Part shown: piece by piece, positions 55,558 to 64,000 of the stretch
How the letters are laid out: every line of letters begins with the position of its first letter
Position numbering within the stretch: position 1 is the first letter of the stretch
Origin: Candidatus Curtissbacteria bacterium
GTDB taxonomy: Bacteria; Patescibacteriota; Microgenomatia; Curtissbacterales; GWA2-41-24
Direction: 5' to 3'
Length of the DNA: 64,000 bases
NCBI GenBank assembly: GCA_016183325.1
Contig: JACPEV010000009.1
Span: 1,303-65,302 of the forward strand
The notes under the pieces: model-generated
The model's database searches: none
Told to the model about the DNA's origin: nothing
Seen by the model: only the letters and a program-made list of their open reading frames with translations
Position numbers and translations under genes: made by a program

Positions 55558-56571
55558 ATGGCGGGCCGTTTAAGCTACAAAATAGCAACATTAGGTTCGC
55601 ACTCCGCGCTCCAAATCTTAAAAGGCGCCAAGGATGAGGGGTTCCAAACTCTCCTTGTCGCGACTCCAGGCCGTCTTTCTCTCTATAAACGCTTCAAATT
55701 TATAGACAAAATTATTCAGATCTCCTCTTATTCAGATTTCCCAAAAATCGAAAAACAACTCATTGCCGAAAACGCGGTCATTGTTCCACACGGCTCATTT
55801 GTTGCATATTTAGGCATCGATGAAAATAAAAAAATAAATGTTCCCTATTTTGGTAATAAAGCTGTTTTGGATTGGGAATCGGACAGACTTAAACAACGCT
55901 ATTGGTTAGAAAGTGCCAATGTCCCCGTTCCCCGAAGATTTACTCACCCCAGCGATATAGATGTTCCTGTCTTGGTTAAGTCTTACGGCGCTGCCGGTGG
56001 CCATGGTTATTTTTTCGCCAAAAATAAAGGAGAGTTTAAACAAAAAATCAAAAGTTTTAAAGCCAAAAATTACATCATTCAGGAATATGTCATTGGTGTT
56101 TCAGCTTACATCCATTACTTTTACTCTCCACTAACACAAAAACTTGAAATTCTCTCAATCGATAGGCGTTATGAAACCAATGTCGACTCTCTCGGCAGGA
56201 TTCCTTCTCACAATCAGCAAGGGCTTGGCATTGAACCTTCTTTTGTAGTTGTCGGCAATAGCCCGCTGGTTCTGCGCGAATCACTTTTGGTTGATGCTTT
56301 TGAAATGGGTGAGCGTACGATTGCTGCCTCCAAAAAATTAATGAAAGGTGGACTTTGGGGACCGTTTTGTCTTGAGGCCATAATTACCCCAGCTCAAGAA
56401 TTTTTCGTCATCGAAATTTCCTGCCGCATTGTTGCCGGCACAAACTTATTCATCAACGGTTCACCATACTCCTCACTATACTGGGACAAAGAAGTTTCCA
56501 CCGGTCGAAGAATCGCTATGGAAATTAAAGATGCGATAAAGAAACGGTTACTGAGTAAAATTTTAAATTAG
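55558..56571 (+). CDS. purP: Archaeal-type FAICAR synthetase (PurP, formate-dependent ATP-grasp), paralog 1
   Basis: IATLGSHSALQILKGAKDEGF...VPHGSFVAYLG...FGN...HYFYSP...IDRRYETN...GPFCLE close to characterised archaeal PurP. Confidence 0.8.
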   Translation: MAGRLSYKIATLGSHSALQILKGAKDEGFQTLLVATPGRLSLYKRFKFIDKIIQISSYSDFPKIEKQLIAENAVIVPHGSFVAYLGIDENKKINVPYFGNKAVLDWESDRLKQRYWLESANVPVPRRFTHPSDIDVPVLVKSYGAAGGHGYFFAKNKGEFKQKIKSFKAKNYIIQEYVIGVSAYIHYFYSPLTQKLEILSIDRRYETNVDSLGRIPSHNQQGLGIEPSFVVVGNSPLVLRESLLVDAFEMGERTIAASKKLMKGGLWGPFCLEAIITPAQEFFVIEISCRIVAGTNLFINGSPYSSLYWDKEVSTGRRIAMEIKDAIKKRLLSKILN

Positions 56572-56646
56572 CGGTAAGTTCTCACTGGCGTTCGAACAAT
56601 AACCTGCTAGTTATTCTTCGAAAGAGAGAAGTTACACAACAAATCT

Positions 56647-57927
56647 ATGGCCAGTAAAAGTTTGAAAAATTGGCAGGGCATAGCTTGTGTCATCGGTTTA
56701 GATTTTGGTGATTCAGGTAAAGGTCGGCTTATTGACGATCTTGCCCAAAATGCCCATATTGTTGCCAGATTTAACGGTGGGTCAAACGCCGGCCATACCG
56801 TAAGAAATCAATTTGGCGCGTTCGCCCTGCACATGATTCCTTCAGGAATCTTTAACCAGAAAGCGACTTGCATCATTGGCAGGGGAGTCGCAGTCGATCT
56901 TGAATCTCTCATTGACGATGAATTTCAACAGTTGAAAAAAGTGGGCGTTTCCTGGAAAAATTTAATCATTGACGATCAGGCAACTTTAACTATGCCCTGG
57001 CATAAGCTAAAGGATGGAATTCGCGAAAATTACCGAAAAACAAAAATCGGAACGGTTGGTAAGGGCATTGGACCAACTTATGCCGATAGAGTCGAAAGAT
57101 CAGGATTGCGAGTTTACGATTTGATTGCCAAAGATTTCAGAGAAAAACTGGCAGATGAGTTATCGTTTCAAAATAAATTTTTTAACTTAAAATTAAAATT
57201 TGAAAATATATTTAGTCAGTACGCAAAATATGCCACCATCATCAAATCCCATGTAGCAACTACTATTCCCGTCATTAAGAAAGCTAAAAAAGATGGCAAA
57301 AATATTTTATTTGAAGGAGCCCAAGGGTACTTTTTAGACATTGATTCGGGTACTTATCCGTATGTTACATCATCTAGTACCGGGGTTTTAGGCATTTGGC
57401 GATCTTTTGATATTCACCCCTTCGACATCAATCAAGTCGTAGGAATTACCAAAGCTTATTTGACAAGAGTAGGAGCAGGCCCGATGCCCACAAAAATCAA
57501 CTCTCACGAGAAAGAAACCATCATCGAAAAAGGCACGGAATTTGGAACAACCTCCGGCAGGGTAAGGGATCCGGGCTGGTTGGATTTGGTATTAATAAAG
57601 CATGCAGTCGCCGCCAATAAAGTAAACAGTCTTGCCCTAACGAAACTAGATATTTTATCCGGCTTTAAGAATATAAAAATTTGCATCGGCTACAAAATTG
57701 CAAGTCAAGTTGCCAATTATGTATCAGGCGATGCAACTTCACTTGAAAAGTGCCAGCCCCAATATGAAGTGCTTCCAGGATGGCGCCAAGATATTTCAAA
57801 AGCTAGAAATTTTAAAGACCTTCCAAAAAATGCCAAGAACTATATAAAATTTATTGAAAAATTTACGCAAGTACCGGTCAATATTATTGGAGTCGGGCCA
57901 GAAAGGGAGCAAGCAATTTATGTCTAA
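56647..57927 (+). CDS. purA: Adenylosuccinate synthetase
   Basis: GLDFGDSGKGRLIDDL...NGGSNAGHTV... PurA. Confidence 0.9.
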   Translation: MASKSLKNWQGIACVIGLDFGDSGKGRLIDDLAQNAHIVARFNGGSNAGHTVRNQFGAFALHMIPSGIFNQKATCIIGRGVAVDLESLIDDEFQQLKKVGVSWKNLIIDDQATLTMPWHKLKDGIRENYRKTKIGTVGKGIGPTYADRVERSGLRVYDLIAKDFREKLADELSFQNKFFNLKLKFENIFSQYAKYATIIKSHVATTIPVIKKAKKDGKNILFEGAQGYFLDIDSGTYPYVTSSSTGVLGIWRSFDIHPFDINQVVGITKAYLTRVGAGPMPTKINSHEKETIIEKGTEFGTTSGRVRDPGWLDLVLIKHAVAANKVNSLALTKLDILSGFKNIKICIGYKIASQVANYVSGDATSLEKCQPQYEVLPGWRQDISKARNFKDLPKNAKNYIKFIEKFTQVPVNIIGVGPEREQAIYV

Positions 57928-59194
57928 AATGTACAAAACGCAAAATTATTCTTCGAGCGAATCCGCCAACTGGCGGAGAAGTCGAGAAACTACCTCTGAA
58001 AATATAATAAATTTTAAGGTAAGTTCTCGACCTGCCCCGTACCGTATGGTAACGGGGCAAGCTCGAACAATAACGGTAGCTGTTTTGGGGAGCCACTCTG
58101 CTCTAGATGTCTGCCGAGGTGCCAAGGACGAGGGTTTAAAGACTTTAGTCATCGCAGAATATGGGCGCGACAAAACTTACGCAGAGTATTTTAAAACTAG
58201 AAGTCCTTCGACAAGCTCAGGACGATCTTCGATCGGTTGCGTTGATGAAGTTTTGTATGTTGATAAATTTAAAGATATTCTTTTGCCAAAAATTCAGAAG
58301 ATCTTAAAATCAAAAAATAGCATTTTCATCCCCCATCGTTCCTTTGAAGTCTATATCAACGATTATGACGCCATCGAAAACGACTTTAAAATTCCCATAT
58401 TTGGAAATCGTAAACTTCTGAGAATAGAAGAAAGGTCCGAAAAACCAAATCAATATGACCTTTTGAAACAAACCGGTATTAAGTACCCAAAAACATTTAA
58501 AGATCCAAAAGATATTGATACTATTGTTATTGTTAAAGTAAACGAAAAAGAAAGAAAGTACGAAAGAGCCTTTTTCCTTGCAAGCACTCGCAAGCAGTAT
58601 CAGTCCGAGTCAGAAAGGTTAATTAAAGCAGGAGTTATTACTAAAAAAGATCTGAATGCCGCAATAATTGAAGAATTTATTTTAGGAGTCCAAGTTAATT
58701 TCAACTTCTTCTATTCTCCAATTAGTCGTCGACTCGAATTAGTTGGAACAGATACCAGAAGACAAACTGATATAGAAGGAATTTTAAGATTGCCTGTTGA
58801 CAGACAAAAGGAAATTCTTGAAATGAAGACTAGAGCTGGAAATAAAAAAATCAATCCTCAGTGGGAAGAAGCGGGGCACATTGCTGTCACTACTTTGGAA
58901 TCCTTACTTGAGCCTGCTTTCGAAATCGGAGAAAAGTTTATCAAAGCGGCCCGACAGATGGTTCCACCCGGCGTCATCGGTCCATTCAGTCTGCAATCAG
59001 TCATCACTCCCGGCCCGCCTAAAAAGGAAATTGTTGTTTTTGATGTTTCTCCAAGAGTGCCCGGCTCCCCAGGTATATCAAGCACTCCCTACAGCGCTTA
59101 TTTGTGGGGTCAATCCGTCAGCATGGGTCGTCGAGTTGCCATGGAAATTAAAAATGCAATCTTTAGAAAAAAACTGAATAAAATATTGACTTAA
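57920..59194 (+). CDS. PurP-family ATP-grasp protein, paralog 2
   Basis: VAVLGSHSALDVCRGAKDEGL...IPHRSFEVYI...FGNR...NFFYSP...TDTRRQTD...GPFSLQ; start chosen at ATG 57920 (RBS aagggag), overlapping the purA stop. Confidence 0.75.
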   Translation: MSKMYKTQNYSSSESANWRRSRETTSENIINFKVSSRPAPYRMVTGQARTITVAVLGSHSALDVCRGAKDEGLKTLVIAEYGRDKTYAEYFKTRSPSTSSGRSSIGCVDEVLYVDKFKDILLPKIQKILKSKNSIFIPHRSFEVYINDYDAIENDFKIPIFGNRKLLRIEERSEKPNQYDLLKQTGIKYPKTFKDPKDIDTIVIVKVNEKERKYERAFFLASTRKQYQSESERLIKAGVITKKDLNAAIIEEFILGVQVNFNFFYSPISRRLELVGTDTRRQTDIEGILRLPVDRQKEILEMKTRAGNKKINPQWEEAGHIAVTTLESLLEPAFEIGEKFIKAARQMVPPGVIGPFSLQSVITPGPPKKEIVVFDVSPRVPGSPGISSTPYSAYLWGQSVSMGRRVAMEIKNAIFRKKLNKILT

Positions 59195-59247
59195 AATATC
59201 ACATTTTTCGCCATGGCGGTTTTTATGATGAAATTATATTTAAATTT

Positions 59248-60642
59248 ATGAATCAAAAGATCAATTTTGGAACTTACCAATCACCATTTTCCTGGCGTTA
59301 TGGTTCAGATGAGATGCGATCACTATTCTCCGAGGTAAATCGCCGCAAAACTTGGCGCAAAGTCTGGGTAGCTCTCGCCCGCGCCCAATCAAAATTTGGT
59401 CTAGTTACAGGCCGCCAACTCCAAGATCTTATCAAAAACCAGAACAATATAGACATTCAAAAGGCACACGAGATAGAAGCAAGAATCAAGCACGATCTAA
59501 TGGCAGAAATTAAAACCTATGCCGCTCAATCTGGTGCAGCCGGAGCCAAGATTCATCTCGGCGCCACCTCTGCCGATATTGAAGATAATGCCGATGTTAT
59601 TAATTTCCGAATATCGCTGGCAATTATAGAAAAAAAATTAAAAGATTTACTTCGCGAATTTTCCCAAAAAATTGACGAAAATAAAAACCTTGTTTGCATG
59701 GCCTATACTCATTTGCAGCCAGCCGAACCGACCACTCTGGGATACCGTTTTTGTCTTTATGCTCAAGATCTGCTTTTAGATCTGAAATTATTGTCGTATA
59801 TCAGAAGTCAAATGAAAGGTAAAGGCATCAAAGGCGCGGTTGGAACATCTGCAAGTTACGTTTCTCTACTGGGTCAAAAAGCCAAAGACATGGAAAGAAT
59901 GGTCCTCAAAGAATTGCAAATAGAAGCTTTTGATGTTACCGGCCAGGTTTACCCAAGAAAAATCGACTACCTAATTTTAACGGCTCTTGCCAGCATTGCA
60001 CAAAGTCTTTATAAATTTGCTTTTGACCTTCGAATCATGCAATCCCCGGGTTTTGGCGAGCTCCAAGAACCATTTGGGGCTAGTCAAGTCGGTTCTTCTG
60101 CCATGCCGCATAAAAGAAATCCCCAAACTTCAGAGCGAATTTGTTCAATTAGCCGTTTCGTCAATTCATTAACTCATGTTGCTTGGGAGAACGCCGCCAA
60201 CTCGCTACTTGAAAGGACCTTAGATGATTCAGCCAGTCGCAGAATTATTATTCCACAGGCATTTTTGGCAACTGATGAAATTCTGGCTCATATGATTTTA
60301 ATTGTTAGAGATCTAAAAATTAACAAAAGAAACGTTCAAAGAAACTTGGAAATCTATGGACCTTTCGCTGGCAGCGAAAATATTATGATGCAATCAGTTA
60401 AAAACGGAGCCGATCGGCAAGAAATCCACGAAGCAATTCGACAAGTTTCCATGAAAGCTTGGGAAAAAGTAGGAGAAGGACACGCTAACCCCTTGGTAGA
60501 CTTGCTTAAACGCAATAAAATGATAACTAAATTTGTTAATCCCGACCAAATTGCCCAACTTATTAATCCTGCCAAACATATTGGATTTGCTAAAGATAAG
60601 TGCCTCTCATTTCTTAAGGAACTAAATAAACAATTACTATGA
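59248..60642 (+). CDS. purB: Adenylosuccinate lyase
   Basis: Fumarate lyase signature GSSAMPHKRNP. Confidence 0.9.
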   Translation: MNQKINFGTYQSPFSWRYGSDEMRSLFSEVNRRKTWRKVWVALARAQSKFGLVTGRQLQDLIKNQNNIDIQKAHEIEARIKHDLMAEIKTYAAQSGAAGAKIHLGATSADIEDNADVINFRISLAIIEKKLKDLLREFSQKIDENKNLVCMAYTHLQPAEPTTLGYRFCLYAQDLLLDLKLLSYIRSQMKGKGIKGAVGTSASYVSLLGQKAKDMERMVLKELQIEAFDVTGQVYPRKIDYLILTALASIAQSLYKFAFDLRIMQSPGFGELQEPFGASQVGSSAMPHKRNPQTSERICSISRFVNSLTHVAWENAANSLLERTLDDSASRRIIIPQAFLATDEILAHMILIVRDLKINKRNVQRNLEIYGPFAGSENIMMQSVKNGADRQEIHEAIRQVSMKAWEKVGEGHANPLVDLLKRNKMITKFVNPDQIAQLINPAKHIGFAKDKCLSFLKELNKQLL

Positions 60643-61187
60643 AAAAACTTGTCGGTATTTTAATGGGTTCTGATACAGATCTAGAGGTCGTCTCCGAAGC
60701 AGCTAAAATTTTGGATGAGTTACAGATATCGTACGAAATATCCGTGCTCTCAACCCACCGAGCCCCAGAAGAAACGGCAAAGTATGCTAAACTTGCCAAG
60801 GGAAAAGGTCTTAAAGTATTAATTGCAGCAGCAGGCGGAGCAGCCGCGCTACCCGGATCTGTAGCTTCTCAAACTACTCTTCCTGTAATCGGTATCCCCA
60901 TAAAAGCCAAATCTCTGGATGGTATTGATTCCCTTCTTTCTATTTCTCAAATGCCCCCCGGCGTCCCAGTTGCTACAGTTGGTGTAAATGCGGCTAAAAA
61001 TGCCGGCATCTTAGCTGCCCAGATTTTGGCACTTTCCGATACTAAAATCGCCGGAAAAGTCGAAGATTATAAAGAAAAGTTGAGACACGAAGTACTTTCG
61101 AAAAATTCCAAGATTCAAAAACTCGGCTGGGATAAATATCTGAAAGATAAAACTGCAACCACTGAAGGTACTGAAAATAGAACATGA
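60639..61187 (+). CDS. purE: AIR carboxylase / N5-CAIR mutase catalytic subunit
   Basis: GILMGSDTDL...AAGGAAALPG... PurE. Confidence 0.85.
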   Translation: MKKLVGILMGSDTDLEVVSEAAKILDELQISYEISVLSTHRAPEETAKYAKLAKGKGLKVLIAAAGGAAALPGSVASQTTLPVIGIPIKAKSLDGIDSLLSISQMPPGVPVATVGVNAAKNAGILAAQILALSDTKIAGKVEDYKEKLRHEVLSKNSKIQKLGWDKYLKDKTATTEGTENRT

Positions 61188-61239
61188 GATCACTGAGGCT
61201 AATAAAACATTCAGTGTTTCCAGTGGTTGCTTAAGTTCA

Positions 61240-62229
61240 GTGTTATCAGTGGTTACAATGATAGACAAAAAAACTATTTTAGAAAATATTCCCGAAGCAA
61301 TAGACAAAATCGCTTATCCAAAACTCGGCAGGCGAAACAGCGGAAAAGTCCGCGATTGGTACATTAGAAATAACCTTCGCATCCTGATTACCACAGATCG
61401 CGTTTCTGCTTTCGATAAAGTTGTAGGAACAGTTCCTTTCCGTGGCGCTGTCTTAAATAAGCTTTCCCAATTTTGGTTTGAAAAAACCAGAGATATTGTT
61501 GCCAATCATATGATTGGTATAACCGACCCGAATGTCATGCTCGTTTCCGAATGCCAAGCATTGCCAGTGGAAGTAATTGTTAGGGGACATATCACGGGTG
61601 TTACGCAAACCTCAATCTGGAAAATGTATTCGGAAGGTCAAAGAATTATCTATGGCATTAAATTTCCAGAAGGTCTTGTTAAAAATCAAAAGCTAAAAAA
61701 ACCTGTTATTACTCCAACAACAAGAGCGACTGGTCCTGGCGGACATGATGAACCAATTACCGCAGCCGAAATCATCAAGAAAAAACTTGTACCTCCAAAT
61801 ATTTGGAGACAGATCGAAAAAGTTGCCCGCGATCTTTTCGAAAGAGGAACCAAGATTTGTCAAAAAGGCGGCTTTATTTTAGCGGATACTAAGTATGAAT
61901 TTGGTCTCTCCAAAAATGGCAAACTTACTTTGATAGACGAAATTCATACTCCTGATAGCAGCCGGCTTTGGCTGAAAAAAACCTACAGAGAAAGATTCAA
62001 AAAAGGCCAAGAAGTTGAAAACTACGATAAGGAAATTATGCGCATTTGGTTTAAAGAACGAGGATATAGTGGAAAGGGTAAAGCGCCGGAAATACCCGAC
62101 AGTCTCAAGGTCCAAATTGCCACCCGCTATATGGAGGTTTATGAAAAGATAACTGGAGAAAAATTTATAATTGATTTGAAAGTTCCACCAAAAGAAAGAA
62201 TTTTAGAAAATCTTTCGATGCTCATATAA
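61240..62229 (+). CDS. purC: SAICAR synthetase
   Basis: ...GKVRDWY...ILITTDRVSAFD... long-form SAICAR synthase. Confidence 0.8.
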   Translation: MLSVVTMIDKKTILENIPEAIDKIAYPKLGRRNSGKVRDWYIRNNLRILITTDRVSAFDKVVGTVPFRGAVLNKLSQFWFEKTRDIVANHMIGITDPNVMLVSECQALPVEVIVRGHITGVTQTSIWKMYSEGQRIIYGIKFPEGLVKNQKLKKPVITPTTRATGPGGHDEPITAAEIIKKKLVPPNIWRQIEKVARDLFERGTKICQKGGFILADTKYEFGLSKNGKLTLIDEIHTPDSSRLWLKKTYRERFKKGQEVENYDKEIMRIWFKERGYSGKGKAPEIPDSLKVQIATRYMEVYEKITGEKFIIDLKVPPKERILENLSMLI

Positions 62230-63819
62230 ATGATTATAGTCGTTAACTTTGGTGGTCAATTTGCTCACCTGATCGCAAGAAGAATCAGAAATTTGGGTGT
62301 CAAAAGTGAATTAGTTCCACCTGATATTTCTCCAAAAAATCTTATTAAACTTTCTCCGCAGGCAGTTATTTTTTCTGGCAGTCCTTCTTCTGTTTACGAA
62401 AATAACGCTCCCAAAATAAGTCCCCAAATTTACAATTTAAATTTACCAATTCTAGGAATCTGTTACGGTCAGCAATTAATAGCCCATCAACTTGGAGGCA
62501 AAGTTTCATCACATGATGCTAAACAATTCGGAAAAGAAATATTAAAAATAAAAAAGTCATCGCTCTTTTCAGGTCTTTCCTCACCTCAAACAGTTTGGTT
62601 TTCCCATGGAGATCAGGTGGATAAACTATCACCAGGTTTTGAAACAATTGCCTCTACAACAAATGCCAAAATTGCCGCCATGCAAAATTCAGCAAAAAAT
62701 ATTTACGGCATCCAATTTCATGCCGAAGTTGTCCATACTCCAAATGGCCAAAAAATCCTTGAAAATTTTCTTTTTAAAATAGCCAAGGCCAAAAAAGATT
62801 GGAAGCTAGACTTTGTCAAAGAAAATTTAATCAAAAATCTCAAAAAAGAAATATCCAATCAAAAAGTCTTAATGGCGATTTCTGGAGGAGTTGATTCTCT
62901 TGTTGCGGCATCGATTTTAACAGAAGCGATTGGTAAAAATTTACTGCTTGTATTTATCGATACAGGACTATTAAGAAAATACGATATCCCTGATCTGAAG
63001 GCTACAGTAAAAACACAAAAATTTAATAATTTAAAAATTGTAGACGCGCAAGAAAGGTTTCTTAGTGCATTAAAGGGAATTACCGATCCAGAAAAAAAAC
63101 GCCAGGTTATCGCCAGGATCTATTTTGAAGTTCTCACAGAAGAAGCTAAAAAGTTAGGGAATCTTAATTTTCTTGCCCAAGGCACCATCTATCCCGATAG
63201 AATCGAATCGGGAAAGCCCTCAAAACATGCCGATAAAATCAAAAGCCATCACAACGTCACATTGCCGCAAGGTTTAAAACTAAAAATAATAGAACCACTC
63301 GCCGAATTTTATAAAGATGAAGTTAGAAAAATCGGCAAACTTTTAAATATCCCAAGCGGATTTCTAGATCGCCATCCCTTTCCCGGCCCTGGTCTGGCAA
63401 TTAGAATTTTGGGAGAAGTAACAGAGGAGAGATTGAAAATATTAAGGGAAGCAGATGAGATTTTTATCAGCGAATTAAAAAGATATGAACAAGGTGCATA
63501 TAATAAGGAAGTTTCACTTCGGTCAACTTCCTTGCGGTCCTCCCGAGTCGGACTCGGTGCGGGCCTAAAGGTAGGACAAGCGTTTGCCGCTCTTTTCCCG
63601 GTAAAGTCAGTGGGAGTAATGGGCGATAGCAGAACTTATTCTTATATAATTTCTCTAAGAGCCGTCGACACAGTCGATTTCATGACCGCAGACTGGTCTA
63701 AGTTACCAAACGAATTGTTAGAAAAAGTATCTACGAGAATCGTCAATGAAGTTCGAGGAGTCAACCGCGTCGTTTATGACATCACCCAAAAACCCCCGGC
63801 AACCATAGAGTATGAGTAA
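62230..63819 (+). CDS. guaA: GMP synthase (glutamine-hydrolysing) with ~21-aa in-frame palindromic insertion
   Basis: GATase ILGICYGQQ; PP-loop SGGVDS; C-terminal ...VGVMGDSRTYSYIISLRAV...PPATIEYE; insertion EVSLRSTSLRSSRVGLGAGLK. Confidence 0.9.
   Translation: MIIVVNFGGQFAHLIARRIRNLGVKSELVPPDISPKNLIKLSPQAVIFSGSPSSVYENNAPKISPQIYNLNLPILGICYGQQLIAHQLGGKVSSHDAKQFGKEILKIKKSSLFSGLSSPQTVWFSHGDQVDKLSPGFETIASTTNAKIAAMQNSAKNIYGIQFHAEVVHTPNGQKILENFLFKIAKAKKDWKLDFVKENLIKNLKKEISNQKVLMAISGGVDSLVAASILTEAIGKNLLLVFIDTGLLRKYDIPDLKATVKTQKFNNLKIVDAQERFLSALKGITDPEKKRQVIARIYFEVLTEEAKKLGNLNFLAQGTIYPDRIESGKPSKHADKIKSHHNVTLPQGLKLKIIEPLAEFYKDEVRKIGKLLNIPSGFLDRHPFPGPGLAIRILGEVTEERLKILREADEIFISELKRYEQGAYNKEVSLRSTSLRSSRVGLGAGLKVGQAFAALFPVKSVGVMGDSRTYSYIISLRAVDTVDFMTADWSKLPNELLEKVSTRIVNEVRGVNRVVYDITQKPPATIEYE
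63505..63572. repeat. GC-rich palindromic in-frame insertion in guaA (core ccgagtcggactcgg)
   Basis: The well-characterised E. coli GuaA has LYDKVSQAF contiguous at this point, as recalled from memory; here 63 nt of palindromic GC-rich sequence intervene. Confidence 0.55.
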
Positions 63820-63851
63820 GTCTTGACAATAAGTAACTTATAAGTTACCAT

Positions 63852-64000
63852 ATGAAAAAGAATATATTTTTAGATAAAAATGCCGAAAAGGAACTAAGAG
63901 AATTTGATGAGGAAGTACAGTTGGAGTTTGAAGCGTATTTTAAAATATTGGAAATAGAGGGTAAACTGGATTTTCCCTCAGCTAGAAAAGTTACTAAAGA
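63852..64000 (+). CDS. Gp49/RelE-HigB-like toxin family protein, 5' fragment (runs off window)
   Basis: MKKNIFLDKNAEKELREFDEEVQLEFEAYFKILEIEGKLDFPSARKVTK resembles the phage Gp49-like / HigB N-terminus. Confidence 0.45.
   Translation, partial: MKKNIFLDKNAEKELREFDEEVQLEFEAYFKILEIEGKLDFPSARKVTK

Overview
This window reads as a Patescibacteria/CPR-like bacterial fragment. That placement is inference from gene content: extended ribosomal proteins, no L30, many GT-C-type membrane proteins and archaeal-type PurP. Gene order is AT-rich and compact.

- **1-18.4 kb:** the tuf 3' end, then the S10-spc-alpha ribosomal superoperon (rpsJ ... rplO, secY, adk, map, infA, rpmJ, rpsM, rpsK, rpsD, rpoA, rplQ, rplM, rpsI). 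Two unknown small ORFs are embedded in it, each preceded by the same inverted-repeat RNA element.
- **18.5-20.2 kb:** an ABC-2 transporter pair.
- **20.4-21.3 kb (minus strand):** an accessory islet encoding DUF3467-like, HicB-like and HicA-like proteins.
- **21.5-22.2 kb:** a GIY-YIG gene remnant fused to a tRNA-like 3' fragment, a tandem 28-bp duplication, tRNA-Pro(GGG), and a ~240-nt hairpin-rich spacer.
- **22.3-26.1 kb:** recA, recX, rny and hup.
- **26.5-29.1 kb:** an ABC ATPase with two permeases.
- **29.2-30.9 kb:** dgkA and a MiaB-like radical SAM gene.
- **31-41 kb:** a cluster of five large polytopic membrane proteins, three of them close paralogs, plus one disrupted paralog.
- **41.2-43.7 kb:** miaA, an AI-2E transporter and a probable RNase P RNA.
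- **44.3-63.8 kb:** a purine cluster (purN-like, purD, purSL, purQ, purM, two PurP paralogs flanking purA, purB, purE, purC, guaA). It is interrupted at 51.2-55.3 kb by small accessory genes: a PaaX-like regulator flanked by palindromes, two secreted Cys-containing paralogs, a DUF433/DUF5615 pair, a NUDIX fragment, msrB and ICMT.

The most striking pattern is several families of short GC-rich palindromic or inverted-repeat elements, many inserted in-frame inside protein-coding genes. All calls are from reading sequence and ORF translations only; no searches were run.
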